Source: an uncultured Candidatus Binatia bacterium
GTDB lineage: Bacteria; Desulfobacterota; Binatia; UBA9968; JAJDTQ01
DNA: 64,000 bases
Assembly (NCBI GenBank): GCA_965215605.1
Contig: OZ244070.1
Location: 3,872,001 to 3,936,000 of the forward strand
Reading direction: 5' to 3'
The position numbers and the translations under genes were made by a program. Shown here piece after piece: positions 11,137 through 19,227 of this stretch (position 1 is its first letter; each line of letters begins with the position of its first letter). The notes beneath the pieces were generated by a model. It did no database searches. It was not told the origin of the DNA and worked only from the letters and a program-made list of their open reading frames with translations.

Positions 11137-12240
11137 TCAGTCGCGTATATCCTGGAGCAGCCACTCCGTGGGAATCTCCTTCCCCAACCCCTGCTCCCTG
11201 GCCAGCTCGTAGACTCTCCCAGCCACCGAATAGAACTGGGCGCCCTGCACGTTGCCCCGCTCGGAATAGGTGATCTGCGCCGCCGACGTCCGCCCCTTCC
11301 GGCTGCCCGCCAGCAGCTCCGCCAGCATCACGTTCTTGTCTCCGCCCTGCACGCCATGGGCGCGCCGGCGCTTGCGCTTCATCCTGAAGCCGGCGTCGTC
11401 TTCGGGCCGCGCCGCGTAGGTGATGTACTCGTCGGGGAGACCCAAGTCGTCGAGGCCCCAGGGCGCCGGCGACGTCCCCAGCCGGAGGGACGCGTCGATG
11501 CGGTCGAAGGTCTCCGCGTCCGGGCGGCCGCCGATGGAGGTGATGTGCGTGCCCTCCTCGACCAACGCCCCCTTGATGATATCCACGGCGGAGTCGGTGC
11601 AGCCGGCGATGATGTCGGCTCCCTTGTAGACTGCGTCCGGATCGCCCAGGGGCACCGCTTCCACGTCGAACTGCTCCGTCATCTCCCTGGCGTACTGCTC
11701 CCGGTTGGCCTTGGTGGGACTGTAGACCTGCACCCGCTCGATGCGGCGGACCTGCAGGAACGCTTCCAGGTGGGAACGCGCCATGCCGCCGGAGCCGACC
11801 ATGCCCACCACCGCGGCATCCTCCCGGGCCATGTACTTGGCGCCGATGCCGGAATCGGCGCCCACCCGCATGTGCTGGAGATGGCCGTCGTTCAGCAACG
11901 CCAACGGCTCGCCGTTGTGGATGCTGGTGAGCAGGATCAGGCCGCAGAAGCGTCCCGGCCGCACACAGTACTTCTCCTGGGTGACGGCGCCGTTGTACTC
12001 CTGCTCGTAGATGACGTCCGACTTCATCCGGATGGCGAAATAGCCGGAGGTGGACCCCCCCTCCATGGTGCCCCACTGGTACATCTTCTCCGGATCCGGG
12101 GTCGGCACCTGCAGATCGATACGCGGCCGGCAGACGGCTTCCTGCTCCACCAGCTCGATGTACGCCTTCTCCAGCGCCGCCATGGTGACGTCCATGGTGA
12201 GCACCTGCTTCACATCGTCGTTATTCAGGATCAGGGTCAT
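11137..12240 (-). CDS. ornithine cyclodeaminase/mu-crystallin family protein (paralog 2)
   Basis: NGEPLALL, MRVGADSGIG, GMVGSGGMA; start MTLILNND at 12240. Confidence 0.88.
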   Translation of the reverse strand: MTLILNNDDVKQVLTMDVTMAALEKAYIELVEQEAVCRPRIDLQVPTPDPEKMYQWGTMEGGSTSGYFAIRMKSDVIYEQEYNGAVTQEKYCVRPGRFCGLILLTSIHNGEPLALLNDGHLQHMRVGADSGIGAKYMAREDAAVVGMVGSGGMARSHLEAFLQVRRIERVQVYSPTKANREQYAREMTEQFDVEAVPLGDPDAVYKGADIIAGCTDSAVDIIKGALVEEGTHITSIGGRPDAETFDRIDASLRLGTSPAPWGLDDLGLPDEYITYAARPEDDAGFRMKRKRRRAHGVQGGDKNVMLAELLAGSRKGRTSAAQITYSERGNVQGAQFYSVAGRVYELAREQGLGKEIPTEWLLQDIRD

Positions 12241-12262
12241 GGCAACGTCCTCTCCCACCCCT

Positions 12263-13351
12263 CTACAGGGGCTCCCGTGCCTCGGCGCCGTCGATGGGCA
12301 GCTCGATGCCCAATCCCCTCTCGCGGGCCAACTCGTACAGCCTGCCGCCTATGGCCACGTCGGAGATCCCCACGCCGCCGGTGTTCTTGAACAGGGTGAT
12401 CTGGTCCGCGTCCGTTCGTCCGGGCTTGGCGCCGTTCAGGATCTCGCCCACCTCGACGATCTTGTCCCAGGAAATGATCCCCTTCTCCAGCCGTTCCATG
12501 AAGTCTCCGGGCTGATCCACCCGGAGCGTCTCGCAGGAGTTGACCCCGATGACATCCGCCCGCCGCATGCTCTCGTCGTCCAGTTCCTGACGCATCTTGG
12601 GGACGAAACCGCCGCGCTTGAGGCCGATGTTGCTCACCACGATGGAGGTCAGATGAACTCCCGGCTCCAGCCACTCCCCGTCCAGCACCGGGACGTTCGA
12701 GCTGGTGGCCGCAACCACGATGTCGACGCCCCGGACCGCCTCCCGGGCGCTGTCCACCGGGTGGATGTCCAGGCCGGTGAGGTCGCCCATCTCGTCCGCG
12801 AACTCCTTGCGGTGCTCCGGGTTCGGGCTGAAAACCTTGACGCTGCTGAGCTCGCGGATCTCCTTCAGCGCCAGCAGATGATACTTGGCCTGGTTCTGGG
12901 ATCCCAGCATGCCGATGGTGCTGGCATCCGGCCTGGCCATGACGTCCGTGCCCACCGCGCTGTTGGCGGCCGTACGCAACGCGGACACGCCGCTCAGGGA
13001 AAGTTCCCGGGGTCTGGGCTCGCCGATGACGATGCAGCGCAACTCTCCGGTCTCGGAGTCGAACAGCACCTGCGTCGGCCGGCCGCGGACCGGAAACGCT
13101 TCGATGGAATGCTCGCCGCGGACCGGGTTCTTGGTCCACTCGCAATGGGTCATGAGGCCGGTGACCCCCACCTGCGGGAGCCCCCCCTGGTGCACGCTGA
13201 CACGCACGTTGGACGGCATGTGGGTGCGGTGCCGCACCATGCTGATGTCCGGGTTGCGACCCCACTGGGCGAACCCCTCCCGGACCAGATCGATGGCATC
13301 CTTCATGGTGATCAACCCGTCAATGTCTTCCGGACGCAGTACCAGTATCAT
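12263..13351 (-). CDS. ornithine cyclodeaminase/mu-crystallin family protein (paralog 3)
   Basis: LFDSETGEL, ALRTAANSAVG, ITLFKNTGGVGISD. Confidence 0.9.
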   Translation of the reverse strand: MILVLRPEDIDGLITMKDAIDLVREGFAQWGRNPDISMVRHRTHMPSNVRVSVHQGGLPQVGVTGLMTHCEWTKNPVRGEHSIEAFPVRGRPTQVLFDSETGELRCIVIGEPRPRELSLSGVSALRTAANSAVGTDVMARPDASTIGMLGSQNQAKYHLLALKEIRELSSVKVFSPNPEHRKEFADEMGDLTGLDIHPVDSAREAVRGVDIVVAATSSNVPVLDGEWLEPGVHLTSIVVSNIGLKRGGFVPKMRQELDDESMRRADVIGVNSCETLRVDQPGDFMERLEKGIISWDKIVEVGEILNGAKPGRTDADQITLFKNTGGVGISDVAIGGRLYELARERGLGIELPIDGAEAREPL

Positions 13352-13773
13352 GGTGACAATCCCTTCTGCCTTGACAGCCGTTCCAACCCGCCGTTCCGAA
13401 GCTCCCGGACCAGCGGCAGGTCTCCTTCCAGGAAATCGAGCTCCTCGAGCTCACCGGCCTCCACCCATGCGATGCGCCGGAATGCCTGGTTCCGCGGCTC
13501 TCCGCCGTACGCAAGCACGGCGAAGAAAGCCAGCTCCACCCGAGGCCCGCCGGCGTATGCGTGAGCGTGCCTGAAGACCTCCCGGGCGCTCTCCACCTCG
13601 ATGCCCAACTCTTCCCGGAGCTCCCTCACCAAGGCCGCGCCGGCTTCCTCCCCCGATTCGATCTTGCCCCCGGGGAACTCCCACTTGTACGGGAACGCGC
13701 CCTCCCCCCGCCGCTGGCAGACCAGGAACCGGCCGCCCCTGGCGAGAATCCCGGCCACGACCCGGAGCACCAT
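13348..13773 (-). CDS. MutT-like NUDIX hydrolase
   Basis: WEFPGGKIESGEEAGAALVRELREELG Nudix box. Confidence 0.92.
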   Translation of the reverse strand: MVLRVVAGILARGGRFLVCQRRGEGAFPYKWEFPGGKIESGEEAGAALVRELREELGIEVESAREVFRHAHAYAGGPRVELAFFAVLAYGGEPRNQAFRRIAWVEAGELEELDFLEGDLPLVRELRNGGLERLSRQKGLSP

Positions 13774-13775
13774 GT

Positions 13776-15164
13776 TCAACCGCCGCGGGCCCGCGGCGCG
13801 CTGCCGGCGGCGGAAGTGCCCTGCGGGTCCTTGGGGCGGCGAAGCTTGCCGGTGACGTTGTCCCTGATCCACTTCGCATCCCACCACTCCAGCGGCAGCA
13901 CCGCCACGCCCTGTATGTAGACGCCGTAGTGGAGATGATCGCCGATGGCCAGCCCAGTCTCGCCGGTGCGGCCGATCTCGACGCCCTTCTTGACGGCCTC
14001 GCCCGACGTGACCGCCACGGAGCTCAAGTGGGAGTAAAGACTGCACAAGCCGAAGCCGTGGTCGATGATCACCGTGTTGCCGTAGATTCCCAGCGGTCCG
14101 GCGAACACCACGGCGCCGCTGTTGGCGGCCGCCACCGGATAGCGCCGGGTCACCGCCAGATCGTATCCGAGATGCCGCGCCTCGTCGATTTTCTCGTCTC
14201 GATAGTAGTAGGAACGGTGATCGGCGAAGTTGGCCTGCACCGCAGAGTTGGCCAACTGCACGAAGCGGCCCTCCCAGAGCTTCCTCGCGGCGGAAGCCCG
14301 GCAGACCCTGGTGATGGTTTCTTCGTTCACGCGCCGGAGATCATGATTGACCTTGATGAACTGATCCTTGGGTCCGCCGCCGGAGCCGCCGGCCTCGGAC
14401 AACAGGGGGCGGATCTTGCGGCGGATGAAGTTGTCCGACACCGGCACCTTGGCGCGCCGGTACCTGAGCGGTCTCACGTTGTAGACAAGACCCGATTCCC
14501 GCGTGTTGCCGGCCTGGTCCTCCGCCAGCACCACCGCCCGTTCACGGACCGGGACGTCGTAGGGATGGGAAAAGAAAGCCAGAAATGCGTCACGCTCCGC
14601 CAGATGTCCCCTGTAGCCGGGAAAGAAGTAGCGGCCGATCCGGATCCCGCTTCGCTCCGTGTCCGGGGACGCCTTGTAGGTGACGAAACCGGTGCCTCCC
14701 TGGGTGATGTAGCGGTCCTCCGAGAGGACCTCCACCCGCGGAGGCGTGAAATCCACGGTCACCTCTTTCTCGAAGACGGTCTTGTTGCCCCTGAAGAAGC
14801 TCCAGTAGGAGCGGTCGGAGGCCGTGACGTTCAACACCGCGGGGCCGTCTTTCAGCTTGTGCTGCACGGGGTCGAGCTTGACCGGAATCTCGGCGGCGTT
14901 CACGGCCGGGTCAAACTGCTGAAAGTGGACGGGACTGGACTCCCCGTCCATGATCAGCTTGACGGATACAACGGCAAGCCCCCTGCCGCGGTCCTGAACA
15001 TTGACGGCGAACGGACGGTGCCCCAGCGTGGACCGTTCCGGCTCCACCCGGATGACGGGCGGATGCCATTCGAATTGCCACGCGGCGAAGAAGGCGCCCG
15101 CCACCACCAGCGCCACCAGGACGACGACGCCTGCCATGCCCATAGTCTTCTTAGGCAGAAACAT
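13776..15164 (-). CDS. M23 family metallopeptidase, membrane anchored
   Basis: N-terminal TM; HLGYD (HxxxD), YSHL, GDHLHY. Confidence 0.9.
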   Translation of the reverse strand: MFLPKKTMGMAGVVVLVALVVAGAFFAAWQFEWHPPVIRVEPERSTLGHRPFAVNVQDRGRGLAVVSVKLIMDGESSPVHFQQFDPAVNAAEIPVKLDPVQHKLKDGPAVLNVTASDRSYWSFFRGNKTVFEKEVTVDFTPPRVEVLSEDRYITQGGTGFVTYKASPDTERSGIRIGRYFFPGYRGHLAERDAFLAFFSHPYDVPVRERAVVLAEDQAGNTRESGLVYNVRPLRYRRAKVPVSDNFIRRKIRPLLSEAGGSGGGPKDQFIKVNHDLRRVNEETITRVCRASAARKLWEGRFVQLANSAVQANFADHRSYYYRDEKIDEARHLGYDLAVTRRYPVAAANSGAVVFAGPLGIYGNTVIIDHGFGLCSLYSHLSSVAVTSGEAVKKGVEIGRTGETGLAIGDHLHYGVYIQGVAVLPLEWWDAKWIRDNVTGKLRRPKDPQGTSAAGSAPRARGG

Positions 15165-15211
15165 GGAACCGCTCTATCCGTCCCGTCGGCCGGCAACGGC
15201 CGCGCCAAGGG

Positions 15212-16621
15212 TCACTCCGCCAGCTCCCACGTGGTCCCGGAAGGGCCATCCTTCAAAACGATGCCCTTCTCCTTCAACGCGTCGCGGATACCGTCCGCCT
15301 GCCCCCAATCCCTGACCCTCCGCGCCTCGGTCCGTTCCTCGATGAGTTGCCGGACCTCATCCTCCGACAAGGCCAGGCGCGAAAGACCGGATCTGCGTCT
15401 GTCCTCGAGGAAACGCTCGGCGGGCGCCTGCATGAGCCCCAGCGCCTCGACCATCGCCCGCAGCGCGTTTCGTCTGGGGCGGAGGCCTCCGGCATCGCCC
15501 CGATCCAGCAGCCGGTTGACCGCCCGGAGTTCCTCGAACACCACGGCCAGGGCCCGCGGGGTATTGAAGTCGTCATCCATCTCCCGCCGGAAGTCATCCA
15601 GGGGATCCGGTTCCGTGTCGGAGGACGGACCCAGGGCGCGGTCCGCCCGGCTCACGGTCTCGTAAATGCGGCTCACGGCCCGTTGGGCCTCCACCAGGGC
15701 TTCCTCCGAAAACTCGATGGGGTTTCGGTAGTGGGTCGTCAGCATGTAGAAGCGCAGGGCCACGGGATCGAAGCGCTCCAGCACCTCCCTGATGCCGAGG
15801 GTGTTCCCGGTGGACTTGGACATCTTCTCCTTCGCGAGTTGCACGAAGCCGTTGTGGATCCAGTAGCGGGCAAAAGGCGCCTCGGCCGCGCACTCGGACT
15901 GGGCGATCTCGTTCTCGTTGTGGGGAAACACCAGGTCCTGTCCGCCGCCGTGAATGTCGAACGGCTGGCCCAGGTACTTGGTGCTCATGGCCGAGCACTC
16001 GATGTGCCATCCCGGCCGTCCCCTGCCCCAGGGACTGTCCCAGAAGGGCTCTCCCTCCTTGCTCCCCTTCCACAGCGCGAAGTCCATGGGATGCCGCTTG
16101 CGGTCGTCCACCTCGATCCTCGCCCCGGCCATCATCTCGTCGAGGCCGCGGCCGGACAGCTTGCCGTAGTCCGGGAAGCTCTCCACCGCGAAGTAGACGT
16201 CGCCGGCCAGCTCATAGGCGTTGCCGGTCTCCAGCAGCCTGGAGACGATGTCGATCATCTCTGCCATGTGCGCGGTGGCGCAGGGCTCCACGGTCGGTTC
16301 CAGCAGTCCCAGGGCGGCGGCGTCGCGGTGGAACTCGTCGATATAGCGCCGGGCCAGCTCCTCCGGCGGGACGCTTTCCTCGCGGGCCCGGTTGATGATC
16401 TTGTCGTCCACGTCGGTGAAGTTCCTGACGAAGTGGCAGTCATAGCCCAGCAAACGCAGGTAGCGGTAGATGACGTCGAACGTCAGCAATGCGCGGGCAT
16501 GACCGATGTGGCAGCGATCATAGACGGTCACGCCGCACACGTACATGGTCACCGCACCCGGTCTCAACGGAACGAACGGCTCCTTCTTGCCGCTCATGGT
16601 GTTCGTGACGCAGAGGGGCAT
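15212..16621 (-). CDS. cysS: cysteine--tRNA ligase
   Basis: CGVTVYDRCHIGH, GRPGWHIECSAM, FPHNENE, KMSKS. Confidence 0.98.
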   Translation of the reverse strand: MPLCVTNTMSGKKEPFVPLRPGAVTMYVCGVTVYDRCHIGHARALLTFDVIYRYLRLLGYDCHFVRNFTDVDDKIINRAREESVPPEELARRYIDEFHRDAAALGLLEPTVEPCATAHMAEMIDIVSRLLETGNAYELAGDVYFAVESFPDYGKLSGRGLDEMMAGARIEVDDRKRHPMDFALWKGSKEGEPFWDSPWGRGRPGWHIECSAMSTKYLGQPFDIHGGGQDLVFPHNENEIAQSECAAEAPFARYWIHNGFVQLAKEKMSKSTGNTLGIREVLERFDPVALRFYMLTTHYRNPIEFSEEALVEAQRAVSRIYETVSRADRALGPSSDTEPDPLDDFRREMDDDFNTPRALAVVFEELRAVNRLLDRGDAGGLRPRRNALRAMVEALGLMQAPAERFLEDRRRSGLSRLALSEDEVRQLIEERTEARRVRDWGQADGIRDALKEKGIVLKDGPSGTTWELAE

Positions 16622-16695
16622 GCCGGTTCATATTACGTCACGCAGGGGGTTTTGCAAAACGGCACCGGTTCCGGCTGCGCGCCGCCGGCGCGGGG

Positions 16696-16824
16696 TGTCA
16701 GGCCGAAGCGAAAATGTCCCCTTTTGGCAAAGTAGAAGTGTCCCCTGGCAGCAGGCGCGGGCCGCAACGAGGAGGGGGCATTTCTGCTTTGCAGAAAAGG
16801 CAACGTTTTCGAATTGCTCCAACA
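16696..16824. mobile_element. 129-bp non-autonomous MITE-like element with TGT...ACA ends
   Basis: About 51-bp imperfect terminal inverted repeats (16696-16746 and 16773-16824), each with a duplicated AAATGTCCCC-like motif; no ORF. Confidence 0.7.
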
Positions 16825-16867
16825 TTGGGGTTGCGCCAGCAGACAAAAACGCCTACATCCTCACCCC

Positions 16868-18523
16868 ATGACGAACCAACGACCCTACGAGGATCTTCGC
16901 CAATTCCTCGCCGTGCTCGAGGATGCCGGAAAGCTCATCCGGATCACCCGGGAGATCAACAAGGACACCGAGCTGCAACCGCTGGTACGCTTGCAATTTC
17001 GGGGACTTCCGGACGAACAGCGCAAGGCGTTCCTGTTCGAGAACGTGATCGACTCCAAGGGCCGCCACTACGACGGAACGGTGCTGGTGGGCGGCCTGTC
17101 GGGCTCCACGGACATCTACTGCCTGGGCCTCCAGTGCGATCCGGACGAGGTGCCGGACCGGTGGGTGGAGGCCATGGAAAACCCCATTGCCCCGGAGATC
17201 GTACCTTACGGTCCCGTGATGGAAGTGGTCCACAAGGGCGGTGACCTCGCGGGCAGCGGCGGCTTTGCCCGGTTCCCCATTCCCATCTCCACGCCCGGCT
17301 TCGACAACGGCCCCTACATCACCGCGGGCCACTGGATCACCAAGGACCCGGAAACCGGCGCGCGCAACGTCGGCAACTATCGGGGGCTGGTGAAGTCCCC
17401 GTTGCGGTGCGGCGCCAACTCCGGCACGCCCCAGGACCTGTCCGCCCATTGGGAGAAGTGCCGGGAGCGGGGCATTCCGCTGGAAGTGGCCATCGCCGTG
17501 GGCACCGTGCCGGCGGCCTCGTACACCGCGACCCAGAAGGTGCCCCCGGACATGGACGAGCTGGCGCTGGCCGGCGGCCTCGCCCGCACCCCGGTCCAGC
17601 TCGTCAAGTGCCAGACCGTGGACCTGGAGGTGCCGGCCACTTCGGAGGTGGTCTTCGAGGGCATCATCCCCACGAACTACCTGGAAGAGGAAGGCCCCTT
17701 CGGCGAATCCATGGGCTACGTCGACCCCAGGACCATCGGCCCGGTGATGGAGCTCACCTGCGTGATGCACCGGAAGGACCCCATCTGGGTCTCCATCATA
17801 AGCCAGGTGACGCCCAGCGAGAGCTCGAAGATCAAGGCCATGGGCATGAGCACGCTGGTGCACCGCTACCTCACCCGCGAGGGCTTCGAGTCGGTGCGGG
17901 AAGTCTACATGATGGAGGAGCTGGTGAACATGCGCCCCTATGTCGCCGTCCGGTTGGACAAGAAGGACGACGGCGAGCCCCGGCGGGTCATGGACGCCGT
18001 GCTCCAGTACGGCGACCGGGTGGGAAAGTTCATCGTGGCGGTGGACGAGGACATCAACGTGAACGACCCTGTGGCCGTGACCTGGGCCATCACGCACCGG
18101 TGCCAGCCCCACCGCGACGTCACCATCGTCCCCGACCGCCCCTTCGGCGCCACCCCCATCGGCATGGTGGTGAGCCATCCGTCCAGCCGCTACGACAGCA
18201 CGGACTCGGCGCTGCTGATCGACGCCACCCGCAAGGCCGACCTGCCGCCGCTGTCGCTGCCCAAGAAGCCCTATATGGAACGGGCGGTGGAGTTGTGGAA
18301 GGAACTGGACCTCCCCGAGTTGCAACTCAAGGAGCCGTGGCACGGCTACCTCATGGGCCTGTGGCCCGACGAGCTGGACGAGGAAGCGCGCATGGCGGCC
18401 GAGGGCGACTACGAGAAGGTGGGCGAGAAGCTCAAGGGCACGCGAGTCGGCGTAGGCGAGGGACAGACGCTCAAGTCCATCCGCCTGGAATGGGGCAAGA
18501 CCCACGCCGGGCGCTCGGTCTGA
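16868..18523 (+). CDS. UbiD family prFMN-dependent (de)carboxylase
   Basis: DLRQFL..LE, NVGNYR, EVVFEG, EEGPFGE, VAVDEDI, LIDATRK. Confidence 0.92.
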   Translation: MTNQRPYEDLRQFLAVLEDAGKLIRITREINKDTELQPLVRLQFRGLPDEQRKAFLFENVIDSKGRHYDGTVLVGGLSGSTDIYCLGLQCDPDEVPDRWVEAMENPIAPEIVPYGPVMEVVHKGGDLAGSGGFARFPIPISTPGFDNGPYITAGHWITKDPETGARNVGNYRGLVKSPLRCGANSGTPQDLSAHWEKCRERGIPLEVAIAVGTVPAASYTATQKVPPDMDELALAGGLARTPVQLVKCQTVDLEVPATSEVVFEGIIPTNYLEEEGPFGESMGYVDPRTIGPVMELTCVMHRKDPIWVSIISQVTPSESSKIKAMGMSTLVHRYLTREGFESVREVYMMEELVNMRPYVAVRLDKKDDGEPRRVMDAVLQYGDRVGKFIVAVDEDINVNDPVAVTWAITHRCQPHRDVTIVPDRPFGATPIGMVVSHPSSRYDSTDSALLIDATRKADLPPLSLPKKPYMERAVELWKELDLPELQLKEPWHGYLMGLWPDELDEEARMAAEGDYEKVGEKLKGTRVGVGEGQTLKSIRLEWGKTHAGRSV

Positions 18524-18566
18524 CCCGGCGCGCCGCATCCGCTTCGGCGGAGGCAAGCTCCAGATG

Positions 18567-18602
18567 CAGGGGCGGGTCTCAAACGCTTCAAACCCGCCCC
18601 TG
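18567..18602. repeat. REP-like palindrome
   Basis: CAGGGGCGGGT...ACCCGCCCCTG, perfect 11-bp arms, intergenic. Confidence 0.55.
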
Positions 18603-18632
18603 TCCGTATGCCGTAACCACTCGAGGTCAACG

Positions 18633-19187
18633 ATGAAAAGAGAAATGGTCCTGAACGTCAACGGCGAGGAGCACGACGTCGAGATCGAGCCCGACCGCCT
18701 GCTGCTGGAGGCCCTGCGCGAGGACGTGGGCCTTACCGGCACCAAGGAGGGGTGCAGCATCGGCGTCTGCGGCGCGTGCAGCGTCATCGTCGACGGCCGG
18801 CTGGTGAGCGCGTGCCTGACTCTGGCCGTCACCTGCGAGGGCAAGAAGATCGAGACCATCGAGGGCCTGGCCCGGGACGGCGAGCTGCACCCGCTCCAGC
18901 GCTCCTTCGTGCAGTACGGCGGTTTCCAGTGCGGCATCTGCACCCCGGGACAGATCATGGCCGCCAAGGCCTTGCTGGACCACGACCCGACCCCCTCCGC
19001 CGACCAGGTGAAGGAGTGGATGTCGGCGAACCTCTGTCGCTGCACGGGCTACTACAAGATACTCGAATCGGTCATGGCGGTGGTGGAAGGCAAGGTGGAC
19101 GAGGGACGCCGCGACGACACCGTGCGCCAGGCCAGGATACAGAGCCTCTACCAGTCGGACACCTACAAGAGCGGCGCATCCGACTAG
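18633..19187 (+). CDS. xanthine dehydrogenase family 2Fe-2S small subunit (CoxS/XdhC-like)
   Basis: GTKEGCSIGVCGAC, QCGICTPG, NLCRCTGY. Confidence 0.95.
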   Translation: MKREMVLNVNGEEHDVEIEPDRLLLEALREDVGLTGTKEGCSIGVCGACSVIVDGRLVSACLTLAVTCEGKKIETIEGLARDGELHPLQRSFVQYGGFQCGICTPGQIMAAKALLDHDPTPSADQVKEWMSANLCRCTGYYKILESVMAVVEGKVDEGRRDDTVRQARIQSLYQSDTYKSGASD

Positions 19188-19227
19188 TGTCCGCGCGTGT
19201 GAAACAACCGCCGTCCTTGGGGGAAAC

